Positions 37,796 through 52,297 of a DNA stretch of 64,000 nt are shown here, one piece after another. Source of the DNA: Eledone cirrhosa (Eukaryota). Each line of letters begins with the position of its first letter. Within the stretch, counting starts at the first letter, position 1. A program made the translations under genes and the position numbers. Under the pieces are notes generated by a model. The model was given only the letters and a program-made list of their open reading frames with translations, was not told the DNA's origin and did no database searches. The stretch is taken from assembly GCA_964016885.1 (NCBI GenBank), contig OZ024740.1, positions 235,290,001-235,354,000 on the forward strand, in the 5' to 3' direction.

Positions 37796-37899
37796 CCTTC
37801 TTTAAACCCAGAAGGCCAGAGAACATCTGACTATGTTTTCCTCAACAAATGGAAAGCTAAGAACCATCACTACATCCGTGGAGAAGTGGTCTCATTAAT
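37796..37899 (+). CDS. IMMP2L: IMMP2L second visible coding exon (104 nt)
   Basis: Acceptor TATTTCTATTTATAG, translation PSLNPEGQRTSDYVFLNKWKAKNHHYIRGEVVSL+AT, donor GTAAGT, phase 2. In frame with the previous exon; matches human [34 protein letters not shown] (recalled). Confidence 0.95.
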
Positions 37900-38436
37900 G
37901 TAAGTTGATATTTTCTTATGACTTCTTGTTCATCCATTGTACAGTAATGTCTTCTATGTCATAATTGGTGACTTAACATATTTTAATTGATGTTATAACT
38001 CCTACTGTGCTTTAACTGATGTTAAAATATCTACTATATCATAATTGATGTTTTGATATCTATCATATTTCAGCTGATACCATAACACCTATCATTTCAT
38101 ATTTCATCTCATAGCATTGGCCATGACTTAACTAATGTCATATTACATACCATAGCATAACCAATGTTATAACAAATTTAATATTTTATTTATAAAGTGT
38201 GGTTGGTGATAGGAAGGGCATCAAGCAATAGAAAACTTGCTGAACAATGGGTCAGGGGCCCCTTCAGCTGTGTTAAAGACATAACAACCTCCCTAGTGTT
38301 AGTGTCATAATTAAATTCACTTGGTAGTGCGCAAGATCATATGTGAGATTAGGCCCTTAGCCTACTTGAGTATTGACTTGGTCTGTGAAGACCCATCCAA
38401 CCCTTGCTATTAGGGAAAATGGATGTTAAATAATTG

Positions 38437-38614
38437 TTTCTATTTTTGGCACAAAGCCAGCAATTACCCCAGTGCATTACTGGCGCTTTATTTTATCGAC
38501 CCCTGTAAGGATGAAAGGCAAAGTTAACCTTGGCGGGATTTGAACTCAGAATGTAAAGGGCCATAACTCTATGCTGCAAAGCATGGTGTCTGACGCTCTA
38601 CCGATACTGCCAAT
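38437..38614 (-). mobile_element. SINE family B copy
   Basis: GGCACAAAGCCAGCAATTACCCCAGTGC...GGCAAAGTTAACCTTGGCGGGATTTGAACTCAG. Confidence 0.8.
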
Positions 38615-39303
38615 GATTTGCCAACGATTTGCTATGATAATGTTTACATATCTTGATTTATGTCATAATATATATATCCTATCATAGTTGATGTCTTTGA
38701 TACTTGTATTTTAGTTGGTGCCATAAAAATTGCTATTTCATAAATGATGTCTTGACATACTAAATTTTAATTGATGTCATGTCTTTATGTAACTGATATA
38801 TCTGCGATGCTGCAATAGCTGTCAATTTAGCCATGTTATAATTGATCTATTGTCGTAACTGATGTTGATATAGCTGCCATATACTGTAATAGATATCATG
38901 TATGCCATGGTATAACTAATGCCATGCGGTAGTAATTGATACAATGTTGAAATATCCAATATGTTGTAATTGTTATCAGAATTTATATCATATCACAACA
39001 GATGTCATGATGCCTACCACACTGTGACTGATGACATAACTACAACCACATTATAATATATGATGGCATTGATAAGCCAATAAAAGAGCTTCTATATGGT
39101 CGCTTGACCTACTAGAAATAGCAATTAGATTTTCATCAAATCACACATTGTCATCTTAAGAAAAAAAATATAGTTCCTGATATACAACAATATGTGATGA
39201 TTACAGCTGCAACACTTTTGTATATAGGCCTGCTCCACAACAATAAAAAAAAACCACATGAAAGTGCGCACTTAACTATACATATATCTCTTATATTGAA
39301 ATA

Positions 39304-40279
39304 TCTCTCTATATATAAAGATGTCTGTCTGTTTGTCTGTGTAAATCTCTAAAACTCGAAGTACCTGACCGATTTTTTTTCAAACTTTACACATGCGTTA
39401 CTTATATTTCTTGAAGTGCAATGGGCTATAAAAAATTTGACTTTTTCTGCCCGCATTAGGCGTAAAACTCAATTTTTTAGGCATTTTTAGGCTTTTCTGA
39501 GGCATAACTTAAAGATAATCCAGCCGATTCCTCGAAATTCACAGCACACATTAGTTAGTCCTCTCGCATTGCTGTGAACAAAAGATTTCCGATTCCATTA
39601 ATGGTTTCTAGGAAATTTATGAATTAGCATTGGGCATTACATGCCATTTCCATTTTCAATATAAACGCTACTTAAACATCGTAAGTAGCATATAATATTT
39701 CATTAAAAATTTGGTTTATTTAACAGAGGGCACAACACTTACTTACTTTTAAGCAGGACCATTTTCGGAGGATTGAGGAGGACCTTAAAATTTTTGTCGG
39801 AGCCCTATTGACGCTTCATGCTTTCATCACGCGCAAATCCGGGCTCTGTGTACGTTGCCGTGTTATTGACACCGTAAAACTCACGTCTGTGCTGCTTCTA
39901 CTAAGACCCCTTTTGTTGCACCTACACCACAGTATGAACGCCCTGCGCAAGTACGCCGAACAGCGGTTGTGCTAATTCCGCGGTGACCCCTTTTGTCGCA
40001 CCTTTGTTGCTGTGTAAACGCAGTGTGATTTTCTCCAAAATCATACTCTAAGATTCAGTACACTTAAAGAGTATGCAGCTGATTTTCTTCAGGTTTTGCA
40101 CATGCATGCAGATGTTTCACGATTCGAGCCTGTTGGTGTTCTACGTTTCCAGTAGATGAACAATCATTCCCTGAGAATAAGGGAATTCAAAAAGTACACA
40201 GCTACATTCCTCAATCTTTGCATATGCATGTTGCTATTTCACATTTCCTACCTTGTGCAACGCCGAGTCCTGCTGCTAG
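39304..40279 (+). mobile_element. Non-autonomous Helitron
   Basis: A|TCTCTCTATATATAAAG..(TGTC)n 5' end; CCTTGTGCAACGCCGAG...CTAG|T 3' end; inserted between A and T with no TSD; CpG-rich relative to flanks. Confidence 0.8.
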
Positions 40280-40399
40280 TATCTAATATTTTCTGCCATA
40301 TTTTAGTAAGTTATGAAGGAGAATATACATATATCTCTTATATTAAAATATATGTAATATTTTTTAGTAAGTTATGAAGGTGAATATTGGAAAGATAAA

Positions 40400-40810
40400 A
40401 GTGATAAAAGAATATACAATAGTATAAAAGGGTTTTGGGAGTGAGACACAACTGATGCATGTGGAGCAGCAGAGAAAGCTGGAGAGAATGGAAATGGCTT
40501 GGTGGTGGATGAGTGGAGTATCACTCAGAGAGAGGAAGAAACAAGGAATTGCAGTGGATGATTGGAATAGAGCTTGTGATGAATATTGTGAAGAGAAACA
40601 GAATGAGATGGATGGATCATGTGTTGAGAAAGGGTGAATGTGATGGGTCAGATGAGTATCAGAAGTGAATGTGGAAGGAAGTAGAGGAAGAAGAAAACAA
40701 AGACATGGCTAAAGATGATGGAGGTGGCAATGAAAGGCAGGGAGTGGTGAAGAGGATGCAAGCAATAGGGCAAAATAGAAAAGCTTGTTATGAGGCCTAA
40801 CAAGGCCTTA
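40400..40810 (+). mobile_element. Highly decayed RTE-like LINE 3' fragment
   Basis: GSETQ..EQQRKLERMEM..WMSGVSLRER..RMRWMDHVLR..VEGSRGR. Confidence 0.55.
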
Positions 40811-41587
40811 AAATGCTTGTAATAGATTAATACTACTGTTGAAATATCAGTAATTTTAATAATTTGAATTTTGTTTTAGCTTTCCGCCTCTCCATAGCAT
40901 AGATGCTAATACTTAAAAAATGTTTCATTGCCAAAAATGAAGTTAGTATTTCAAAAAGATTATCTTATTAACAGGTATGTTTGTGTGGTTAAACAGTTCA
41001 CTTTGCAGACACAGGATTTTAGATTCAAAATCACGTGTGTGACAGCTTAGGCAAGTGTCTTCTAGCCTACTCTCAGGTTGACCAGTTCCTTGTCAATGGA
41101 ATTTCGTAGTTGATGTAACTGTATCAGAAGTTTGTCATCTTCATTGTTTTATGTTTGTTTTGACATGGCTTAGATAGAGTTTATCACAACCTGTGTCATC
41201 TGGCACAAAAAAGCAACAGAGAAATTTTATCATGCTGCTGGTACTAGAGTGGTGGTTTCATGTGGGAGGACTATAGAATCCCCTTTACTCTGCATGAGTT
41301 CTTATTTAAAGTTACTGCCACAGTAGATTGGTAGCTTACAGAATCTACATTTCACTTATATATTCCATTGTTTGCTATGACTTGATGTCTTTTTATCAAT
41401 CACTTATCAGACAAAATTTGGTACATTTTATTGTGCCACAAATACTAGAGAGGTTGTTCAATGCAAGAGGACTAAAATGTCTCCTCTACCACCCTGATTT
41501 GTTTTTTATTCAGAATTACTGCCTTTCAAGATGGGTAGCCTGCACCTCCCAATGTGGTGCTTCATGTTGTCATCATTTGTCTTGTCA

Positions 41588-44500
41588 TACCACCCACTGC
41601 AGTCTTCTGTCTCACCACACCCACCACCCACTATAGTCCTTTGTCTCACCACACCCACCACCCACTATAGTCCTGTCTCACCACACCCACCACCCACTAT
41701 AGTCCTTTGTCTCACCACACCCACCACCCACCATAGTCCTTTGTCTCACCACACCCACCACCCACTATAGTCCTGTCTCACCACACCCACCACCCACTAT
41801 AGTCCTTTGTCTCACCACACCCACCACCCACTATAGTCCTTTGTCTCACCACACCCACAACCCACTGCAGTCTTCAGTTTCACCACACCCACCACCCACT
41901 ATAGTCCTTTGTCTCACCACACCCACCACCCACTATAGTCCTTTGTCTCACCACACCCACCACCCACCATAGTCCTTTGTCTCACCACACCCACCACCCA
42001 CTATAGTCTTTTGTCTCACCACACCCACCACCCACTATAGTCCTTTGTCTCACCACACCCACCACCCACCATAGTCCTTTGTCTCACCACACCCACCACC
42101 CACTATAGTCCTTTGTCTCACCACACCCACCACCCACTATAGTCCTTTGTCTCACCACACCCACCACCCACTATAGTCCTTTGTCTCACCACACCCACAA
42201 CCCACTGCAGTCTTCTGTTTCACCACACCCACCACCCACTATAGTCCTTTGTCTCACTACACCCACCACCCACTATAGTCCTTTGTCTCACCACACCCAC
42301 CACCCACTGCAGTCTTCTGTCTCACCACACCCACCACCCACTATAGTCCTTTGTCTCACTACACCCACCACCCACTATAGTCCTTTGTTTCACCACACCC
42401 ACCACCCACTGTAGTCCTTTGTCTCAATACACCCACCACCCACTATAGTCCTTTGTCTCACCACACCCACCACCCACTATAGTCCTTTGTCTCACCACAC
42501 CCACCACCCACTATAGTCCTTTGTCTCACTACACCCACCACCCACTATAGTCCTTTGTCTCACCACACCCACCACCCACTATAGTCCTTTGTCTCACTAC
42601 ACCCACCACCCACTATAGTCCTTTGTCTCACTACACCCACCACCCACTATAGTCCTTTGTCTCACTACACCCACCACCCACTATAGTCCTTTGTCTCACC
42701 ACACCCACCAACCACTATAGTCCTTTGTCTCACTACACCCACCACCCACTATAGTCCTTTGTCTCACCACACCCACCACCCACTATAGTCCTTTGTTTCA
42801 CCACACCCACCACCCACTATAGTCCTTTGTCTCACCACACCCACCACCCACTATAGTCCTTTGTCTCACCACACCCACCACCCACTGCAGTCTTCTGTCT
42901 CACCACACCCACCACCCACTATAGTCCTTTGTCTCACCACACCCACCACCCACTATAGTCCTTTGTCTCACCACACCCACCACCCACTATAGTCCTTTGT
43001 CTCACCACACCCACCACCCACTATAGTCCTTTGTCTCACTACACCCACCACCCACTATAGTCCTTTGTCTCACTACACCCACCACCCACTATAGTCCTTT
43101 GTCTCACCACACCCACCATCCACTATAGTCCTTTGTCTCACCACACCCACCATCCACTATAGTCCTTTGTCTCACCACACCCACCACCCACTATAGTCCT
43201 TTGTCTCACCACACCCACCACCCACTATAGTCCTTTGTCTCACCACACCCACCACCCACTATAGTCCTTTGTCTCACCACACCCACCACCCACTATAGTC
43301 CTTTGTCTCACTACACCCACCACCCACTATAGTCCTTTGTCTCACTACACCCACCACCCACTATAGTCCTTTGTCTCACAACACCCACCACACCCACCAC
43401 ACCTACCACCCACTGCAGTCTTCTGTCTCACCACACCCACCACCCACTATAGTCCTTTGTCTCACCACACCCACCACCCACTATAGTCCTTTGTCTCACC
43501 ACACTCACCACCCACTGCAGTCTTCTGTCTCACCACACCCACCACCCACTATAGTCCTTTGTCTCACCACACCCACCACCCACCATAGTCCTTTGTCTCA
43601 CCACACCCACCACCCACTATAGTCCTTTGTCTCACCACACCCACCACCCACTATAGTCCTTTGTCTCACCACACCCACCACCCACTATAGTCCTTTGTCT
43701 CACTACACCCACCACCCACTATAGTCCTTTGTCTCACTACACCCACCACCCACTATAGTCCTTTGTCTCACCACACCCACCACCCACTGCAGTCTTCTGT
43801 CTCACCACACCCACCACCCACTATAGTCCTTTGTCTCACTACACCCACCACCCACTATAGTCCTTTGTCTCACTACACCCACCACCCACTATAGTCCTTT
43901 GTCTCACCACACCCACCACCCACTGCAGTCTTCTGTCTCACCACACACACCACCCACTATAGTCCTTTGTCTCACCACACCCACCACCCACTATACTCCT
44001 TTGTCTCACCACACCCACCACCCACTATAGTCCTTTGTCTCACCACACCCACCACCCACTATACTCCTTTGTTTCACCACACCCACCACCCACTATAGTC
44101 CTTTGTCTCACCACACCCACCACCCACTATAGTCCTTTGTCTCACCACACCCACCACCCACTGCAGTCTTCTGTCTCACCACACCCACCACCCACTATAG
44201 TCCTTTGTCTCACCACACCCACCACCCACTATAGTCCTTTGTCTCACCACACCCACCACCCACTGCAGTCCTTTGTCTCACCACACCCACCACCTACTAT
44301 AGTCCTTTGTCTCACTACACCCACCACCCACTATAGTCCTTTGTCTCACTACACCCACCACCCACTATAGTCCTTTGTCTCACCACACCCACCACACCTA
44401 CCACCCACTGCAGTCTTCTGTCTCACCACACCCACCACCCACTATAGTCCTTTGTCTCACCACACCCCCACCCACTATAGTCCTTTGTCTCACCACACCC

Positions 44501-47500
44501 ACCACCCACTATAGTCCTTTGTCTCACTACACCCACCACCCACTGCAGTCTTCTGTCTCACCACACCCACCACCCACTATAGTCCTTTGTCTCACCACAC
44601 CCACCACCCACCATAGTCCTTTGTCTCACCACACCCACCACCCACTATAGTCCTTTGTCTCACCACACTCACCACCCACCATAGTCCTTTGTCTCACCAC
44701 ACCCACCACCCACTATAGTCCTGTCTCACCACACCCACAACCCACTGCAGTCTTCCGTCTCACCACACCCACCACCCACTATAGTCCTTTGTCTCACCAC
44801 ACCCACCACCCACTATAGTCCTTTGTCTCAATACACCCACCATCCACTATAGTCCTTTGTCTCACCACACCCACCACCCACTATAGTCCTTTGTCTCACC
44901 ACACCCACAACCCATTGCAGTCTTCTGTCTCACCACACCCACAACCCACTGCAGTCTTCTGTTTCACCACACCCACCACCCACTATAGTCCTTTGTCTCA
45001 CCACACCCACAACCCATTGCAGTCTTCTGTCTCACCACACCCACAATCTACTGCAGTCTTCTGTTTCACCACACCCACCACCCACTATAGTCCTTTGTCT
45101 CACCACACCCACAACCCATTGCAGTCTTCTGTCTCGCCACACCCACAACCCACTGCAGTCTTCTGTTTCACCACACCCACCACCCACTATAGTCCTTTGT
45201 CTCACCACACCCACCACCCACTATAGTCCTTTGTCTCAATACACCCACCACCCACTATAGTCCTTTGTCTCACCACACCCACCACCCACTATAGTCCTTT
45301 GTCTCACCACACCCACCACCCACTATAGTCCTTTGTCTCACCACACCCACAACCCATTGCAGTCTTCTGTCTTACCACACCCACCACCCACTATAGTCCT
45401 TTGTCTCACCACACCCACAACCCATTGCAGTCTTCTGTCTCACCACACCCACCACCCACTATAGTCCTTTGTCTCACCACACCCACAACCCATTGCAGTC
45501 TTCTGTCTCACCACACCCACCACCCACTATAGTCCTTTGTCTCACCACACCCACAACCCATTGCAGTCTTCTGTCTCACCACACCCACCACCCACTATAG
45601 TCCTTTGTCTCACCACACCCACAACCCATTGCAGTCTTCTGTCTCACCACACCCACCACCCACTATAGTCCTTTGTCTCACCACACCCACAACCCATTGC
45701 AGTCTTCTGTCTCGCCACACCCACCACCCACTATAGTCCTTTGTCTCACCACACCCACAACCCATTGCAGTCTTCTGTCTCACCACACCCACCACCCACT
45801 ATAGTCCTTTGTCTCACCACACCCACCACCCACTGCAGTCTTCTGTCTCACCACACCCACCACCCACTATAGTCCTTTGTCTCACCACACCCACCACCCA
45901 CTTTAGTCCTTTGTCTCACTACACCCACCACCCACTATAGTCCTTTGTCTCACCACACCCACCACCCACTATAGTCCTTTGTCTCACCACACCCACCACA
46001 CCTACCACCCACTGCAGTCTTCTGTCTCGCCACACCCACCACCCACTATAGTCCTTTGTCTCACCACACCCACCACCCACTATAGTCTTTTGTCTCACTA
46101 CACCCACCACCCACTATAGTCCTTTGTCTCACTACACCCACCACCCACTATAGTCCTTTGTCTCACCACACCCACCACCCACTATAGTCCTTTGTCTCAC
46201 TACACCCACCACCCACTATAGTCCTTTGTCTCACCACACCCACCACCCACTATAGTCCTTTGTCTCACCACACCCACCACCCACTATAGTCCTTTGTCTC
46301 ACCACACCCACCACCCACTATAGTCCTTTGTCTCACCACACCCACCACCCACTATAGTCCTTTGTCTCACCACACCTACCACCCACTATAGTCCTTTGTC
46401 TCACCACACCCACCACCCACTGCAGTCTTCTGTCTCACCACACCCACCACCCACTATAGTCCTTTGTCTCACCACACCCACCACCCACTATAGTCCTTTG
46501 TCTCACCACACCCACCACCCACTGCAGTCTTCTGTCTCACCACACCCACCACCCACTATAGTCCTTTGTCTCACCACACCCACCACCCACTGCAGTCTTC
46601 TGTCTCACCACACCCACCACCCACTATAGTCTTCTGTCTCACCACACCCACCACCCACTATAGTCCTTTGTCTCACTACACCCACCACCTACTATAGTCC
46701 TTTGTCTCACCACACCCACCACCCACTATAGTCCTTTGTCTCACTACACCCACCACCTACTATAGTCCTTTGTCTCACCACACCCACCACCCACTATAGT
46801 CCTTTGTCTCACCACACCCACCACCCACTATAGTCCTTTGTCTCACCACACCACCACCCACTATAGTCCTTTGTCTCACCACACCCACCACCCACTATAG
46901 TCCTTTGTCTCACCACACCCACCACCCACTATAGTCCTTTGTCTCACCACACCACCACCCACTATAGTCCTTTGTCTCACCACACCCACCACCCACTATA
47001 GTCCTTTGTCTCACCACACCCACCACCCACTATAGTCCTTTGTCTCACCACACCCACCACCCACTATAGTCCTTTGTCTCACCACACCTACCACCCACTA
47101 TAGTCCTTTGTCTCACCACACCTACCACCCACTATAGTCCTTTGTCTCACCACACCTACCACCCACTATAGTCCTTTGTCTCACTACACCCACCACCCAC
47201 TATAGTCCTTTGTCTCACCACACCCACCACCCACTATAGTCCTTTGTCTCACCACACCTACCACCCACTATAGTCCTTTGTCTCACCACACCACCACCCA
47301 CTATAGTCCTTTGTCTCACCACACCCACCACCCACTGCAGTCTTCTGTCTCACCACACCCACCACCCACTATAGTCCTTTGTCTCACCACACCCACCACC
47401 CACTGCAGTCTTCTGTCTCACCACACCCACCACCCACTATAGTCCTTTGTCTCACCACACCCACCACCCACTGCAGTCTTCTGTCTCACCACACCCACCA

Positions 47501-50500
47501 CCCACTATAGTCCTTTGTCTCACCACACCCACCACCCACTATAGTCCTTTGTCTCACCACACCCACAACCCATTGCAGTCGTCTGTCTCGCCACACCCAC
47601 CACCCACTATAGTCCTTTGTCTCACCACACCCACCACCCACTATAGTCCTTTGTCTCACTACACCCACCACCCACTATAGTCCTTTGTCTCACCACACCC
47701 ACCACCCACTATAGTCCTTTGTCTCACCACACCCACCACCCACTATAGTCCTTTGTCTCACCACACCCACCACCCACTATAGTCCTTTGTCTCACCACAC
47801 CCACCACCCACTATAGTCCTTTGTCTCACCACACCTACCACCCACTATAGTCCTTTGTCTCACCACACCACCACCCACTATAGTCCTTTGTCTCACCACA
47901 CCCACCACCCACTGCAGTCTTCTGTCTCACCACACCCACCACCCACTATAGTCCTTTGTCTCACCACACCCACCACCCACTGCAGTCTTCTGTCTCACCA
48001 CACCCACCACCCACTATAGTCCTTTGTCTCACCACACCCACCACCCACTGCAGTCTTCTGTCTCACCACACCCACCACCCACTATATTCCTTTGTCTCAC
48101 CACACCCACCACCCACTGCAGTCTTCTGTCTCACCACACCCACCACCCACTATAGTCCTTTGTCTCACCACACCCACCACCCACTATAGTCCTTTGTCTC
48201 ACCACACCCACCACCCACTATAGTCCTTTGTCTCACCACACCTACCACCCACTATAGTCCTTTGTCTCACCACACCCACCACCCACTATAGTCCTTTGTC
48301 TCACCACACCCACAACCCATTGCAGTCTTCTGTCTCACCACACCCACCACCCACTATAGTCCTTTGTCTCACCACACCCACAACCCATTGCAGTCTTCTG
48401 TCTCACCACACCCACCACCCACTATAGTCCTTTGTCTCACCACACCCACAACCCATTGCAGTCTTCTGTCTCACCACACCCACCACCCACTATAGTCCTT
48501 TGTCTCACCACACCCACCACCCACTGCAGTCTTCTGTCTCACCACACCCACCACCCACTATAGTCCTTTGTCTCACCACACCCACCACCCACTGCAGTCT
48601 TCTGTCTCACCACACCCACCACCCACTATAGTCCTTTGTCTCACCACACCCACCACCCACTGCAGTCTTCTGTCTCACCACACCCACCACCCACTATAGT
48701 CCTTTGTCTCACCACACCCACCACCCACTATAGTCCTTTGTCTCACCACACCCACCACCCACTATAGTCCTTTGTCTCACCACACCCACCACCCACTGCA
48801 GTCTTCCGTCTTACCACACCCACCACCCACTATAGTCCTTTGTCTCACCACACCCACCACCCACTATAGTCCTTTGTCTCACCACACCCACCACCCACTA
48901 TAGTCCTTTGTCTCACCACACCCACCACCCACTATAGTCCTTTGTCTCACCACACCCACCACCCACTGCAGTCTTCCGTCTCACCACACCCACCACCCAC
49001 TATAGTCCTTTGTCTCACCACACCCACCACCCACTATAGTCCTTTGTCTCACCACACCCACCACCCACTGCAGTCTTCCGTCTTACCACACCCACCACCC
49101 ACTATAGTCCTTTGTCTCACCACACCCACCACCCACTATAGTCCTTTGTCTCACCACACCCACCACCCACTATAGTCCTTTGTCTCACCACACCCACCAC
49201 CCACTATAGTCCTTTGTCTCACCACACCCACCACCCACTGCAGTCTTCTGTCTCACCACACCCACCACCCACTATAGTCCTTTGTCTCACCACACCCACC
49301 ACCCACTATAGTCCTTTGTCTCACCACACCCACCACCCACTATAGTCCTTTGTCTCACCACACCCACCACCCACTATAGTCCTTTGTCTCACCACACCCA
49401 CCACCCACTATAGTCCTTTGTCTCACCACACCCACCACCCACTGCAGTCTTCCGTCTCACCACACCCACCACCCACTATAGTCCTTTGTCTCACCACACC
49501 CACCACCCACTATAGTCCTTTGTCTCACCACACCCACCACCCACTGCAGTCTTCCGTCTTACCACACCCACCACCCACTATAGTCCTTTGTCTCACCACA
49601 CCCACCACCCACTATAGTCCTTTGTCTCACCACACCCACCACCCACTATAGTCCTTTGTCTCACCACACCCACCACCCACTATAGTCCTTTGTCTCACCA
49701 CACCCACCACCCACTGCAGTCTTCTGTCTCACCACACCCACCACCCACTATAGTCCTTTGTCTCACCACACCCACCACCCACTATAGTCCTTTGTCTCAC
49801 CACACCCACCACCCACTGCAGTCTTCTGTCTCACCACACCCACCACCCACTATAGTCCTTTGTCTCACCACACCCACCACCCACTATAGTCCTTTGTCTC
49901 ACCACACCCACCACCCACTATAGTCCTTTGTCTCACTACACCCACCACCCACTGCAGTCTTCTGTCTCACCACACCCACCACCCACTATAGTCCTTTGTC
50001 TCACCACACCCACCACCCACTATAGTCCTTTGTCTCACCACACCCACCACCCACTGCAGTCTTCCGTCTTACCACACCCACCACCCACTATAGTCCTTTG
50101 TCTCACCACACCCACCACCCACTATAGTCCTTTGTCTCACCACACCCACCACCCACTATAGTCCTTTGTCTCACCACACCCACCACCCACTATAGTCCTT
50201 TGTCTCACCACACCCACCACCCACTGCAGTCTTCTGTCTCACCACACCCACCACCCACTATAGTCCTTTGTCTCACCACACCCACCACCCACTATAGTCC
50301 TTTGTCTCACCACACCCACCACCCACTGCAGTCTTCTGTCTCACCACACCCACCACCCACTATAGTCCTTTGTCTCACCACACCCACCACCCACTATAGT
50401 CCTTTGTCTCACCACACCCACCACCCACTATAGTCCTTTGTCTCACTACACCCACCACCCACTGCAGTCTTCTGTCTCACCACACCCACCACCCACTATA

Positions 50501-50885
50501 GTCCTTTGTCTCACCACACCTACCACCCACTATAGTCCTTTGTCTCACCACACCCACCACCCACTGCAGTCTTCCGTCTCACCACACCCACCACCCACTA
50601 TAGTCCTTTGTCTCACCACACCCACCACCCACTATAGTCCTTTGTCTCACCACACCCACCACCCACTATAGTCCTTTGTCTCACCACACCTACCACCCAC
50701 TATAGTCCTTTGTCTCACCACACCCACCACCCACTGCAGTCTTCTGTCTCACCACACCCACCACCCACTATAGTCCTTTGTCTCACCACACCTACCACCC
50801 ACTATAGTCCTTTGTCTCACCACACCCACCACCCACTGCAGTCTTCCGTCTCACCACACCCACCACCCACTATAGTCCTTTGTTT
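41588..50885. repeat. 34-bp satellite, about 270 copies, two interspersed variants
   Basis: CTCACCACACCCACCACCC-ACTATAGTCCTTTGT (A) and -ACTGCAGTCTTCTGT (B); decays into ~25-bp units up to ~51135. Confidence 0.97.
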
Positions 50886-52297
50886 CATTACACTCACCAC
50901 CTATTGTGACCCTTTGTCCCACTGCACAATCCACTATAGTCCTTCATCTCATCACACCACCCAGTTCTTCTCACTATGTGTTCATCTCATTTCAGTCTTT
51001 CATTTTGCCACCTACCTCAGTCCTTTGTCTTGCCACCCTCTATGGTCCTTTGTCTTGCCACTCTCTATGGTCCTTTATCTTGCCACCCCCTGTGGTCCTT
51101 TGTCTTGCCACTCTCTGTGGTCCTTTCTCTTGCCCCCCTTTTTTCTTTCCATGCTCTGTCATAGCCCTTCATCACACCACTGCTGCAGTTCTTTATCTAA
51201 CCAACACTTCAGTTAACAAACCAATTGAAGCAAAAATCTGAATAGCAGTCCAGCAAGTGGAGTTCAATTATATTAAAAATTAGTGTAGATGTAGAAGTTA
51301 GAATATAGTGGGTGAAGGAGTTATGTCAAAACTGGTAGTAGAGGTAGAAGGTTTGTTTATGATTAAACCAATCTAAAATCTGGTGTTTATGTTGGCCCTT
51401 TATGTCATGTAACTTAGTGGTTTAAACAAATAGAGATTGATGTACCAGACTGAAATAAATACTAGGGTTGATTTGGTTGGGTTTAAATACCTCAGCATAA
51501 CTGTATTTTCATGACTGTGATTAGTAAAAAAAATATCTGATATTTAGAATTTAATCTTCTATCATTGTTGTTGTACATGCCATAGCATTTATCTAGTATA
51601 AGACGTATATGTTATTAAATGTCATAACAGTTATCACATTGTAACATAAGCCTAAACCTATCTGTGATTATGTCCCAACATATATACATCTATCACAAAG
51701 CAGTAATTCACTCATGTTTATGGTTGGGGAGGTGTTCATCTCTGATAGACTTCAATAGTCAATTATTGGCTACATCTGCTGCTGAATTATCTCTAGCTGA
51801 GATGATTCAGAGCCAATAATATCAACATTAGCATCATCACTAATTTTAAATTTAAGCAACCAATCTTTTCTTCTTATATTAAGATGCTAAACCTCTAGAC
51901 TTCTAAAAAGACAAAAATAAAAAAACACCAAACAAATAAATAAAAGGATTGTCACAGTTGAAATAATGTTTAAGTATGAGTTTAGAAAGATTTAATTAGG
52001 AAGGGAAACATGTGTTTAGAAATAAGCAGAACGTAGTGTTTAGAAAATTGACATGTATATAATATAAATAACCATCAAAGCAGTTTTTATAATAGCAAAA
52101 CCATATTGTTCATAACAACCATCACAAATATATTCACTTCATTAACCCTTTTGATACCCAACAGCTTGAAACTGCCACTAATCTACAATAGAATACAATA
52201 TTCTTTTAAAATATTTATACTTTAAATCTTCCATCATAATTTTATGTAAGAAACTTTTTTGAGATATGCTCCAATCACCAGCTTAAAAATGAGAAAT

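Noticed and set aside
40880-40974. Possible next IMMP2L exon (TTTTGTTTTAG ... CAG|GTATGT)
   Set aside because: Reads IFPPLHSIDANT-stop in the IMMP2L frame with no S26 similarity, and the donor overlaps a decayed SINE head. At most a cryptic exon.
28810-50885. Long-range pairing between the GT-rich and CA-rich arrays flanking the 104-nt exon
   Set aside because: Complementarity is only about 6 nt per unit (TAGTGG/CCACTA), too short to support.
41531-51216. His/Pro/Thr-rich ORFs
   Set aside because: Translations of a 34-bp unit (not a multiple of 3), broken by recurrent TAG.
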